Positions 1 through 12,230 of a stretch of DNA of 64,000 bases are shown here, in pieces. The stretch spans positions 10,125,521 to 10,189,520 of the forward strand of contig CP154954.1 of the NCBI GenBank assembly GCA_039621445.1. Direction: 5' to 3'. Every line of letters starts with the position of its first letter. The first letter of the stretch is position 1. The stretch is from Euglena gracilis. Taxonomy: Eukaryota. The notes under the pieces were generated by a model that searched no databases, was not told the DNA's origin, and worked only from the letters and a program-made list of their open reading frames with translations. Position numbers and translations under genes: made by a program.

Positions 1-1149
1 CCATGTGCACCGCGTGGCGCAGCGTGTGCACCGTGTGGGAAATTTCACTCGTTTCCAGTATTCCTCTAATTTTTCTTTCATTTTGGCCACCTTTAACCGC
101 CTCTAACCTCCTTGTTCCATCGTCGGCTACTTGTTGCCATTTTTTTTTGGTGTTTTTTTCTGCCTTATTTGGTGTCTTTTTCCATTTGAATCATTTTTTT
201 TCATGCTACTGTTGGTAATTTTATGGTGATTGTTTTGCAATTTTAACAATATTTCAATTTTGAACCTTTTTTAGCTTTTTTTTTTTTGCCTGTTGCGGTG
301 GTTGCAGATAACGTGGCACGGAGTGCAGCACATGGTGCACTTGCGGTGCCATGGGGTGCACACGGTGCCGCGAACCATTTGTCCGCCAAATTGTTGGAAG
401 TGAGTGTGAAGCCTTTCTCCCCTGTTCCTTTCTACCCTACCCCTTGGTGCAAGGACTCTCCCTCTCCCCATTCTCTGATTTCTTGTTTGCACTGCAAGTG
501 AATCATAAAGGGAATGAGCGCCTGCTGCGGTTCGAAAACAGAATAAAGTGTAGCTGAAGATCAATGAAGTTAAAATAATGGCATTGTTGATCAGGAAGAG
601 CCTCCACAGGGCGATGGAATTTCCACAGACAATGTGTCAAGTCTTTTTACAGCCAGCACCTGCACCCCAGCTGGGCTGCAGACCTACCTTTTGTCTGAGG
701 TTCTTTTTTTTTTTGATTGGCATGGTGCAATTTGCATGTGATTTGTAAACCAGCAAGACAGTGCTGGTTGAAGCCATTCTTTGGTGGTAATATGTGCTAA
801 TAGAGTGGGAACACAAGAACAGCAAGTTGGAATGGCGCGCGATTGCTCAGATGGAGCAAGTTTCGAAGGATGCAAAATGGCGAAATTGGTTTCAAACCCA
901 AATGGCCAAAATTGCTTGAAAGTTGTTGGAAAAATGGCTCACCGTGGAAAAAATGGCAAAATTGCAAGACGGGCTAAAGCTGGTCCTCTAGGGATGAATT
1001 GGCTGTTGAAGAGATGACAGCCTTCGAAGACAATGTAGCTTCTTATTCCTTCCTTTAAATCTTTTTTTTCAGAATTTTTGCATGAAAATACTGCAGTTGA
1101 TTTTCTCGTTATTGAAGCTGGAAAAACAGTGCTGGCTGGACCTGGGAGA

Positions 1150-1445
1150 CAGGTGTTTTTTTTTTAGCCTTGGACCCCGGGGGGGGGGAAGGGCAGGGTG
1201 GGTGGGTCCAGACGAGCCTCCCCCCCCCGGGGGGGTTGCCCAGGGGGGGGGGATAGTTTTTGGCGCCAAAGGCGCCGAATTTTTTTTGAAAGGTGCTATT
1301 TTTAGCATTTTCCGCGATTTTTGGCCTTTTCAGGGAAAAGTGGGTTGGGTCTCCGAGACCCCCCCGGGGGGGGGGGGGGGGGGGGCCCCCAGGGGGGGGG
1401 GGGTGGGGGGGGGCCCCCCCTCCCCCGGTCTTAAAAAAACCCCTG
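1150..1445. mobile_element. hAT-like MITE (CAGG-T-run...A-run-CCCTG), G-rich family
   Basis: Ends CAGGTGTTTTTT / AAAAAAACCCTG; perfect 8-bp TSD CTGGGAGA (1142-1149, 1446-1453); a homologous copy lies at 38518-38782. Confidence 0.85.
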
Positions 1446-3171
1446 CTGGGAGAGGGGGCTTCCGCCATCCGACTGGCAGGTGTTGACCAGAAAAAAAAAA
1501 CGGTGCTGGCTTGCTGGACCTGGGCGGGGGGGGGGGGGAGGGAGGGGTCCGGCTTGAGAAATTCCCTGGAATGGGGGCATAGGTTTACGATGTGGCTGAA
1601 GGCATCAAAAAGTCAAGTAATTGAATTTCCGAATATTCAAAATATTGTGTGACAAACAAGAGTAAAAAATATGTCCCATTGTGTGACAAAAATTCCCAGA
1701 GCCCTGACCGCAAAAAAATGTATGAGAATGCCACAAATATCATTGTGTGGCTTTGAATCATGATTCTTCTGAATTGACATACCCTTCTCAACCTCTGGCC
1801 AATTATTTGCCGGGCCAGGGCCGGCCATGGCTAGAACACCAAATTCGGAATGAACCATGGACCTATTAGGAGCCATTAGGGACCACATTTGCACAGTGGC
1901 CTGGGGCTGCTGAAGCTCTTGCAGTCCCATCACCGCCAGTTGGCCATCCCAGTCGGCAGGGCTTTTGCCGATAGCTAAGGTGCATTTATTACCATTCGAA
2001 CCCCAAGCCTCCAAACCAAAACACCCTTATAACAATAGATAATTATTTTATATGTTTTATATTTTATATATTCTGTATTCTATTTTATTTTCCTTCTGGG
2101 TGTATATTCCATAACGAAACTCCTCCCTCCCTCCCAGGCTCTGATGATTCTACGTCCAATCCATCTCGAATCTAATTTTCCCCTGATGTTTTGGATCCTT
2201 CATGCCATGCAGGGCTCCCTGTTTCAAAGGTACCAACTCCCTCCTCCTTTGGCTGACCCAGTTTGATTGAACCGAGCAATGGCTCTTCAAGGACGAAAGG
2301 ACATCCCCACCGACATCTCCGTTCATGTCCGTTAGCCCCGGCCTCCATTCTCTGGCTGACATGTCCCGCTGCAGGGTTCTCCTGTAATGCCAAAGAATGG
2401 CTATGGGGATCTCCCTCTCTCTCTCTCCCCCTCTCCCCCTCTCCTTTTCTTGTTGTGTGTGTGGATAATTGTTTGTGGATAAATGTGAAAAATAATTTGG
2501 ATATGGATATGGATATGGATATGGATATGGATCCGTATATGGACAAGCATAAATAATTTGGCGTCCAAAGTCGGGGACAAGGGGCATATAATTTGGGATG
2601 TTCATCGCTTGATCAATGTTTTCAAATCAAAAAGGATGATTTGCACCTTTGCATTTACTTTTCAGATTCCTTCAGCTATTTGAAATTTTATTTTTGGGAA
2701 TGCGGGCGTGATGGTGATGAGTAGTAGAGTTAATTCATAGTTATATGGCAGGGTGGAGTTTGTGCTCCCCAAGGTAGCCTTACGCTTATTGAAGGGTAGG
2801 GTTGGCGTTGCAATTTTCAGGTTTAAGTGTTCTCTGTGTGATTCTGGACAGTAAAGGAAAGGCTGTGTATGAATTGCACCAAATGTTTGTTCCCGCATGG
2901 GGCAGGGGATTATGGTCCCCCCATTGGCATTCTTCCCTCCTAAATTCGCCAGATCTGAGATGGAGTGAGTTCTTGCTAACAATATCGGAACAATAAGAAC
3001 TCAGAATTCAAATATAAAATTGCAATAAAAGTATTATGATATGATAACGTACTACTACATAATCGCTCCGCGCGTACGTCAGAAGCAGGCTACTGTTCCA
3101 GTATGACCCTGGCCTCGCCTTGTACATCGCACTCCCTCCAGCCCGACCAGCTCGGACAGCAGCGTTGGGAC

Positions 3172-3472
3172 CAGGCTTGTGCTTAGTTGGGTGCCTACCC
3201 CACGGGGGGGGGGTGCTAGGGGCAGGCACCCCATAGCACCCGATCCGACCCCCCCGGGGGGGGTAGGGTTTTGGGGGGTGCCTGCCCCTAGCAGGCACCC
3301 CCCTCCGACCCCGGCGCCGAAGGCGCCGGGGGCCCGGAAAAGGCCATTTTCAATGAAAATTTTCTGGGTCCGGCCCGGACCCCTATCCCCCCCGGGGGGG
3401 TGTGCCTGCTAGGGGCAGGCACCCTATAGCACCCCCCCCCTCCCCCCCCCCCGGTCGGTAAGCACAAGCATG
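3172..3472. mobile_element. hAT-like MITE
   Basis: TIR CAGGCTTGTGCTTA / TAAGCACAAGCATG; perfect 8-bp TSD GTTGGGAC (3164-3171, 3473-3480); internal repeats of GCTAGGGGCAGGCACCC. Confidence 0.85.
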
Positions 3473-3779
3473 GTTGGGACCCATGGCCCATTCGGCCGGA
3501 GCCCTCCGCTCACCCCAGCGGTGACCGGTCCACCTGTACCTCCGCGGTGGTCGTGCGGCTCCATCGATAGCCACCGACTTCGACTTATCATGAAAACCAC
3601 ACAACGGCCAATACTGGAATTGTTGTCCAGCTGAAGGGGCGGACGTGATCCTGAATTTGAGAAATAGAAAGGAGATCCAAAGTCACCGTTTTTATCTTAC
3701 GCTTCCGAGAGTATACCGTAAAGTGCTTGGTAGAGGTTTTAAATTAATTTTTTCCTCAAATAATAAACATGACAGTGCA

Positions 3780-4124
3780 TTTGGTTATTTTCAATATTGC
3801 TTTTGATAGTGTACACCAATCGTTGGAGGAGTGAAAATTTCAGTCAAGGACCATTTTCAGTACAGGTAAACCTTGCGTTCTTTTCTCGCATATTGTCAGT
3901 TTTTTCCAGCTTTGTTTGTTGAATATTTTTTTGAGGCTGTCAATCAGGTCTAAGGCTTTGTTACCGCAGTGCAATTGTGTGTGCCAAACTGATGCGATTG
4001 CCGAATTGTATGCCACGCCACAGATCGCCCCCCTTCTTGAGGAGCCTCCCCATTTCACAGCAAAACCCTCTGACGAGGGCTGCCCCACTGAATCACAAGA
4101 CAACCAGGTTGGCTTCTGCGGCAA
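3780..4124 (-). pseudogene. Degenerate hAT transposase fragment
   Basis: WGGSSRRGAICGVAYNSAIASVWHTQLHCGNKALDL has the spacing of the hAT 'DGASxMxGxxxGx(14)HCxAHxLxL' core, but the catalytic D and the CxxH His are substituted. A frameshifted PT(R)W-like motif follows after a stop codon. Confidence 0.45.
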
Positions 4125-5973
4125 TTGTGTTCTGAATTGTATAGTGTCACCTGGGAACCTGTCTCTCTCTTTCTCTTTTCTGAATCGGTGTTGCTGGGGG
4201 TTTCAACACTGGTGACTCATTCCCCCCCCCTGGTTTCCCCCGTGTCGTACTACCAACCCCTTGTCATTGACGGCAAACCAGTCAAACAACAACAACAAAC
4301 AACAAACTGGTCGTATGAAGGGGGGGGGGTGGCTGTCGTTGTCGTTGGGCACAAAAATTGAAAGGATTTGAGCCGCCTGTCACTCTCCGTTTGGCTGCAA
4401 CGTTGGCAAGACATTTCGCCCGGTGTTGTTTGCCATAACCTCAGGATTTAAGGACCTTCCCCCCGGGGGGGGGGCCTGCAGGCGAACTGGGAAACGGCGT
4501 TAGCTGGAAAAGAAGGTGCTTGATTGACCCCTTGGGGGGGAGTTCAGTGGGGGTGGGGGTCCAGCCGGCCAGCGGCTGGTGCCACAAAAACAGCCCAAAC
4601 CCAACTGGGTTGGCATTTTTCAGCCAATTTGGAGCTGAAAAACCAAAAAGCACAAGAAAATGCCGTTTGGGGCCCTTTTTTTGACCCCTTTTTCAAAAGT
4701 TCAAAATTCTGGGACACCTGGCTTCACCGGACTGACCACAATTTTTATTTTATTTCAGCCGACCCCCCCTTGGGTGGTCCGCAGCCCGCCTGGGAGGGCT
4801 TGCTGCACTCCCTGGTGGCACTATTCGTTCATTTGTTTTGTTTGAGCAGTTGTAGTTGGTCCGTTTTCAATTTCGGTGTAGCAGGATGGACAGCGATTTG
4901 ACAGGATGGACAGCGAAGCGGCTTGCTTCTGATAGCCAGTCTCCGCTTGCTCCCCGTGCCCTCGGTGCCCATGCCACGCCTCTGCCAATTGCGACGCTTT
5001 CCTTCGTTCATGACCCGTATTCTTTCAACTGTCCCTGGTTTTATCTAAGAAAAAAATTTATTTTTATAATCAGCCTTGGAGTTTTGGAGCCTTGGAGTCA
5101 CAATGTTTTTCTAAGGATTTTATATTTGCTGTCTTCCAGCATCCCCCCCCCCCAACCAGCAGTATCTTATTTTGGCTTGCTGCACCCCTGGATCTGAAGT
5201 GTTGTTGTAAATGTTATGCCGTTATGTACCCCATTCCTTTGCAAGCTGTCCAGCGTCTGCTCTTCGCAGTTTTGCTTATTTTTCTCAAAAAATGAACTTG
5301 AATTCAGTGCCTTCAATGTATTATTTTCACGTTCGCTCGGAAGCCAATTTGAAAAATTTTTGATCCCAGGGACTGCACCAATGGACCCCGTGCCATATGC
5401 TGACGACACATCCCAGCACCTTCCTCTCGGCCTGAGAATGAAACGCGGCGTAAAAACCCTTGTCTTATCAGAAAGTTTTGTCGCCAAAGACATTGGCTGA
5501 TCAATGGGTCATGAGATTTTAATGAGGGATAATAAAAAAATTTGGACAATGGATAGTTTCCCACCCAATTTTGAGGTTTTACACCTAAAGTAAAACAGCT
5601 TTGGGGCTCATTGTGCAAAATGGACAACCCCCCAAAAGGGTACCCGGGGGAAAAAACAGTGGGCATGCCCTGTGCCTACATGCCTCCCTCTCCGGGATGA
5701 GTTATTGGTTTTTGGCCCAAACCGTTGCGGGGAGGGGGGGGTCCGCAAAAATAGCCTTTAAAATGACCCGCAAAAAACTTGGCCAATTTTCCTTGGGTTT
5801 AGAGTGTTTGTATCCGGAGTGACCGACCGACCCCCCGGCAGGGGTTGACTGACTGGTTTCTTTTTTTTAAAAAAAAAGGAAATGTTACAAACTCGTCGTT
5901 GGAAGAGTGGAAGTGACACCCCCAGGGTTGGCCTTAGGCGGTGTAACTCGCACTTAGGAAAAATTTTTTGTCG

Positions 5974-6007
<34 letters not shown>

Positions 6008-6143
6008 TCAAAATGTCTTTCTACAAAAGTCGGCCCCCCATCTGGAAAAACAAATTCCTGCTTTGTTCACGCTTCGCGATACTCGTTTTAACGCGGATTG
6101 CAAAAAAATGGCTTCCCCATCCTTAGTGGGGGATTGTGAGGGG

Positions 6144-6463
6144 CAGGGCGGTCCTTAAGGGACAGGAAAGTTTTTTTTTATTTCTTTAAGGACCGCCCCC
6201 CCCCCCCTTGCGGCCCAAGGGCTGGCTAAGGGCCAGACTGGGACCTGAACGGGGGTAAAAATTAAACAGTCGAAAAACACAGTGTTTGATGATTTGGGTG
6301 GATGGACGATGGTCCAAGGGTTGCCAGAAATCAATTTTTTTTCCTGATGTTGACCGGTTCTCGCTGAGAAATGCCAAAGTTTCTTGCCCATTTTCCTGTA
6401 TATTTTTCATTGAGTGTGCTGGAACAGCGGAGTTTTTTTTTTATTTGCTTAAGGACCGCCCTG
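6144..6463. mobile_element. hAT-like MITE
   Basis: TIR CAGGGCGGTCCTTAAG / CTTAAGGACCGCCCTG; perfect 8-bp TSD GTGAGGGG (6136-6143, 6464-6471). Related fragments lie near 33220-33290 and 42470-42520. Confidence 0.85.
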
Positions 6464-6784
6464 GTGAGGGGGGTAAAACCAAAAAGTTCTTCCCTGTTCC
6501 TGTGTGTATTTTTGGAATCGCTATGACATGAGTTTTCTATATCGGGGTCACTTGTGGGGTCAAAAAAAAAAACCGGTAAAAAACCATTCGCATAAAAAAG
6601 TCTGAAAGTGGCATTTTGACTGTTATTTGGGGGGGTGAGGGGGGTCCTGGGGGGGCAGCCCCCTGGTTGACCGGATTGTCAGAATGGGGGGGGGCAGACA
6701 TGCTTCGGGTCCATGGAAAATTGGCATCATCACAAATGTAGCCACAAGAGCAACAAAAGGCTGGTATTTTGGATACGGAAAATA

Positions 6785-7201
6785 CCCCCCCCCCCAAATA
6801 GTATTGCGCCCGCAGCTCTATTGGACGGCCGCCTCTGGCGGCGGGGGGTGCAGCACTATTTGGACCCGCAGCACTATTGGACTGGTGTGCCTCTTAGTCC
6901 CGGCCTATCACCACAGGCACCCTTTTTGTCTGCTCAATGTCCTTCTCTGAGGCTAGTGGGGTCGTGTGGTTCATCTTCGGACGACTTCTGTGAGTTGTTC
7001 GGGTGGGAATTTGCCCCCTTTCCCCTCTCTGCGGATTAAAAAAGGTGCCTGCGGTAAGCTGCACCAGCTTCTACGCATTTCACATTGCTGTGATTTGGGG
7101 TGTGCAGCACTATTGGACGCTCGCTTCATCTGGCGGGGGGTGCAGCACTATTTGGACCCGCAGCTCTATTGGCCCCGCAGTACTATTAGGGGGGGGGGGG
7201 G
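6785..7201. mobile_element. MITE with C-run/G-run TIRs
   Basis: CCCCCCCAAATAGTATTGCG ... CGCAGTACTATTAGGGGGGG; internal repeated GCAGCACTATT(T)GGAC motifs; AT-rich flanks. Confidence 0.7.
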
Positions 7202-8837
7202 TTATTTAATTTGAAACAACACGATGGAAAAATTGGAAAACCGATTCCAGACCCGGGTAACCGGAAGATTACAGATGCGCAATCTTAGAACTCCGGAGCT
7301 CGTTGTTTTGGGAAGCAATTCATGTGCGCATTTGCACACCAACCATTGTGAATTTTTACAAACTATTGCTCGTGATTCTGAACATTAACATCGATCTCTG
7401 AGTGTTTCCCGACGACCAACCATACTGTGGCAAAATTGATCACATGAGGCTCTGGGAAGCCCCCCCCCCCCCTGGAGCCTTCCCGGAGGGGAGCCTTTCC
7501 AGAGCCTACTCACCTGGCGCCTCCCGGAGCCTCCAGGTGACCTCGGCAGGATTCCATTTTGTGATAAACCCCGAGGAAGGTCAAAACCAAAGCGTTCATC
7601 AAAATTCCAGGGAGAAGCAGGAGAGAAAGAATGGGTGTAGGGTGTGTGTGTGGCGGGGGGTGTGTATGTATTTGGCCAAAGCAGGGGGGTGACAGCCCCA
7701 AAAAGAGATTTTGCTCAGATCTCTCGCACTCCTGCTCCCCTCGATCCAAGTTCTCAAAGCTCTGACGAAGACATCAAATTCTTGGCGTGTATGTGTTTGC
7801 GAACACAACCAAAAGAAGTTCGTGTGCGAGTTGCGCCGCCCAAGTCAGTAAAAAATGCGTGCCCCTGGCATTTTGGCACCCACCCACTGTTGGAAAGGGC
7901 TGTTGGGGCCAATATGGCTTTGGCCTTTATATTCCAGTGGTTGGCCATTCCCATGTTTTCCCTGCTCCTCTTTTCCACATCACAGCCTCGGTTGCCATAC
8001 GGCCACCGTGCAGGCCGTGTTTGCCGCATTGTTTTTAGGCCACCCCTCCTGCCACAAGTTCATGCGTGTTGCTTCTCTTTTCCAGTCCTTCTTATCTCCC
8101 CCCATTCTCTTTCTGATTTCCGATTCTGATCTTTATTTTGTATGTTTTTTTTATTGAATTATTAAAATACCCAAAAAATAGGGCAACCCCAGTGGGATTT
8201 GGGGAGAACCGCGAATCATTTTTTTTTGGAAGAGCATTTGGAAGGGCCCATACACATGCCTCCATCAAAATGATCCTGGATGATTCAAGGTTTGTTCCAT
8301 TGGAATTGGCTACCCCAGCATAGCGGGTGTGTTGCAAGTGTGTTACTGAGACAGCAGATGGGCAGACGAAGAATGCGAGACCCAAACGAGTGAGAGGGGC
8401 AGGGTTGGTGGGTTTGCCAGGGCTTTCGGGAATCCCCGAGTCCCAATGGGCAAAGGGGGGAGGGTGGGGTGGTCGACCCAGGGGGGGGGGGGGGGGGTGC
8501 ACGAGAAGACCTGGTGGGGATGGCTGACCAGAAAGGGGGTCGACCCCCCACCCATCCGAGCCCGAAAATAAAAATTTGACCTTAAAAACAGCCCCCCAGT
8601 GATATGGGAAGGCCTGGCAGGTTGGTGGGGGGGGACCCCAAGGCCCTTGGGGTCCCCTGCTGGAGACGGGGTGTTGACTATTTTTGGCACGAAACACCGA
8701 CGAAACACAAGCACAAAACACAACAGTCCCCAGACCTCTCCCCCCCCCAGGGGGCAGGGGGGGGAACCCCTGTACCAGTACCCCTGGCTGGGGGTACCAG
8801 CACCTCCCCCCGGTCTGTTTGAAAAAAACGTTGACTG

Positions 8838-10618
8838 CCCCCCCCCCCTTGTCGTACGTCCACCCCTCATTTACGACCACCCCCCGGTCACAGGTTGCAG
8901 GTCATGGGGTGTTATGACCCCCCCTGCTCGCAGGTTGCAGGTTACGAAAAATTTAACACCACTTTACCTACGGCCGCCCCCTCATTTACGCCCAAGCACC
9001 TCTGATGATGCTGGGCGATGCTGGGCGATGCAGGGCGATGCTGGGCGATGCTGGGCGATGCTGGATTTTTGGAGACCAGAGGTGGGGTTCCGATGCTGGG
9101 CGATGCTGGGCGATGCTGGCATTTTTTTTTGTATATTTTGGAGAATTGAACCATTTTTGGGATAATTTTCCCACAAAGCTCCAGTTTGACACCCATTTTG
9201 GCCATTATGGGTCAATTTTTGCTAATTTGGGGGCTATTTATCACTGATTTGGCAAACATTGGGCTAATTGGGGCTTTTTTGAGCAGATTTTATGGCATTT
9301 TTGGCCATTTTGCGCATGATTTCACATTGGCCATCGATGGCTTTTGTGGTTAATTTGGCTTGGTCAGGAGCCAACGGATGATTACTGGACAGATACTGGA
9401 CAAGATGCAGATGCTGGACAAGATGAACTGGATGCAGGCACTGGACAAGATGCAGATGCTGGGCAAGATGCCGATGCTGGACAAGATGCAGATGCTGGAC
9501 AAGATGTAGATACTGGACAAGATGCCGATGCTGGACAAGATATGGATGGACTGGATGCAGACACTGGACAACATGCAGATGGTGGACAAGATGCAGTTGC
9601 TAGGCAAGAAGCAGATGCTGGACAAGATGCAGATGCTAGACAAGATGCGGATACTGGACAAGGTGCAGATGGACAAGATGCAGATGCTGGACAACATGCA
9701 AATGCTGTACAAGATGCAGGCACTGCACAAGATGCAGATGCTGGACAAGATGCAATGAGACAAGACGCAGTGGATGCACGCCGTTGCTGTTGCAAGGGTG
9801 CCACCCTCCACCCTCCAGCACAACAACTGTTTTGGATTTTGTTTGTCTGACCGGCAAGGGGCTTGCAACTTGCACTCGATGTTGCCATCTCACAGGCCTG
9901 CACCACATCCTGTGCTAGCAAAAAGCAGCAAAAGTGCTCAAAAAGTGGTCAAAAAGCAGGCAAAAGTGGGGTAAAAGTGGTCAGAAAGCAGCAGAAGTGG
10001 TAAAAAGGTGGGCAAAAGTGGGCAAAAGTGGTCAAAAAGCAGCAACAATGGCCAAAAGTGGAAAAAAATAGCAAACGTGGGCAAAAGTGGCCGAAAATCA
10101 ACAAAAGTTGCAAAAGGGGCCAAAAGTGGTCAAAAAGCAGCAAAAGTGATCAAAAAGCTGCAAAGGTGGTTGGAAATGGGCAAAAGTGGGCAAAAAGCAA
10201 CAAAAGTGGTCAAGAAGCATTCAAAATTGGTCAAAAGGCAGCAAATGTGGGCAAAAGTGGTCAAAAAGCAGTCAAAAGTGGTCAAAGTGGGCAAAAAGCA
10301 GTCAAGTGGTCAAAGTGGTCAAAAAGCAACCAAAGATGGCCAAAAGTAGCCAAAAATGGGCTAGAGCGGCAAAAGCAGCAGGCATTATAGGTACACCTTC
10401 AAGGGCTCCAAAGGCGATGCTGGGCGATGCTGGGCGATGCTGGGCGATGCTGAGCGATGCTGGGCGATGCTGGGCGATGCTGGGCCCAAGGGCATGGCTG
10501 ACCAGAGGTGCTTGTTCACGACCACCCGGTCACAGGTTGCAGGTTATGGGGGTGTTACGACCAACCCCCCCGGTCACAGGTTGCAGGAACCCGGTCGTAC
10601 GACAAGGGGGGGGGGGGG
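8838..10618. mobile_element. Outer MITE (C-run-TTGTCGTACG TIR) interrupted by a nested hAT-like element
   Basis: TIR CCCCCCCCTTGTCGTACG / CGTACGACAAGGGGGGGG; internal direct repeats ACGACCACCC(C)GGTCACAGGTTGCAGG on both sides of the nested insert. Confidence 0.8.
8993..10514. mobile_element. Non-autonomous hAT-like element (CAAGCACCT TIR family)
   Basis: TIR CAAGCACCTCTG / CAGAGGTGCTTG; degenerate 8-bp TSD TTTACGCC/TTCACGAC; subterminal (GATGCTGGGC)n arrays; internal 18-bp GATGCAGATGCTGGACAA and AAAAGTGG-type repeats. Its core is homologous to 49030-49510. Confidence 0.8.
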
Positions 10619-11859
10619 CGGGTAAGATAAAAGACAGAGAGGCACACAGAGAGACAGATATGGTTGTTATGTGCGTTGTATCTCATTTTATAAATCCAAT
10701 TTGGTTATCTTCTGACATAAATTGACCATTTTTTCCAGTACCTGGGGCATGTCATTTTGAAATTTCCACCTCCCAATATAAAGTTATACAAACAAACACG
10801 GTTTCGGGCCAATTTTTTTTCGATTTTTCCCCACTTTTTTTTTTGACATTTTCCATGTTTGTCTGCCGCCTGTCAACAGCAATTTTTTTGCTGGCACTGT
10901 TGCTGCTGTCGTTTTCTCCATTCAGGCAATCGCCATGGAATACAACTGAGTAACTGCAAAGTCCGTTGAGTGAGAGAGAGGGGGGGGGAAGGTCGCCCCG
11001 CCCTGTTGCTGCCAGCCAGCCTTTGTCACAAACAGCCCAGATGCTGCAGAACGAGGGGCCATACAGTAATGTTCACCTCACGTTTCCAAAGAGGGGCCTT
11101 CCAGAAGCGCTGATGCCCGGATTGCAGCTGTTTTTTTTAATTTGAAATCTTCCCAAGCGCACCGGCGCCTCATTACACCACTTTTATGTGCATACCTCGC
11201 ACGCAAAAACACATTCATGGAACACAGGCAGAAATCGACGTGCTGATATTTTTGGATGTTGAATGTTGGACGCCGGGCAAGGGTCCCCCCCCCGAAATCA
11301 TACGGCTCGAGAAGAACGGAAGTCCAGATAGCTCTGCTTTCCACGGTGTTCATTTGATATATACGTTTCAAGAATGAAAATAGGTGCAATGGATCCGATG
11401 GCTGCAGTGGAGCAGGAGCACTTCACGCTGCAGACCAGTTGCTTGGAGCCCTTTTGCGAACCCTCCCAAGTTATAGTAATCACCCCTCCTCATGACAGCT
11501 GACCTTCATCCTACCCACCATTATCAGCCCACAAGACAAGGAGCCTGGCTTCTGATTCTGTAACATATAATTCCTATTTTCGCCAATCTCCCACATTCAA
11601 TTTGGAGTGGTTGTTTCCTAGACATGAATATATTGAAGTACAGAACAATATTTGACCAGAGGTTTTTTTTGCCTCCTTTGTTGCATTTTTTTTGCAAAAA
11701 TTTTCAGCGGTATGTGTCAGGGATTGGTGCTCATATCGAAACAGATACCTACGGATGATTACGGATAGCTACAGATAAGTCCAAAGACCCCCAAATATGA
11801 ATAACTGCGGACAACTACGGATACGCCAATTTTTTGATTGTTGAAGTCATTTTTGGCAA

Positions 11860-12230
11860 TTATAGCTTCTTGATTGTTTTTTTCCCCCTTATAGGCCACT
11901 TTTCACTGCTGCATCTGGGTTTTTTGGCTACTTTTTGACTGCTTCTGGCTACTGTTTGGGCAATTTTGGCCTCCTTAGCCCACTTTTTTTTGTCACTTTT
12001 GGCCATTTCTAACTGCTTTTGGTTCCATTTGGTCACTTTTGGCAGCTTCTGACGGTTTTGGCCGCTTCCAATTTTCAGCCCACATTTGGCCATTTCTGGC
12101 TGTTTCTGGCCTCTTTCAGTCGTTTTGTGGCCATTTGGATATTTTTTTTTTGACTTGGTTTAGCCTTTTGTGCCTCTTTTTTTTTTTCAGGCCGCTTTGC
12201 TGCTTCTAGCTGTTTCTGGCATTCTTTTGG
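11860..12230 (-). repeat. Degenerate AAAAGTGG/AAAAGCAG-type array related to 9920-10380 (inverted)
   Basis: CCACTTTT/GCCATTT/CTGCTT repeats, flanked by (C/G)TACGGATA / TGCGGATAA decamer-like repeats at 11740-11825 and 12365-12390. Confidence 0.5.

Noticed and set aside
3060-3590. GC-rich block split by the 3172-3472 MITE, with LRAYVRSRLLF resembling a LINE RT thumb motif
   Set aside because: The rejoined frames are short and the similarity is too weak to call.
5216-5500. ORF containing YADD (RT-like motif)
   Set aside because: No upstream QG/SP motif or other RT blocks; likely chance, although a very decayed element cannot be excluded.
9344-9921. DADAGQ-repeat ORFs
   Set aside because: They are translations of an 18-bp tandem repeat inside a non-autonomous transposon and are open in several frames.
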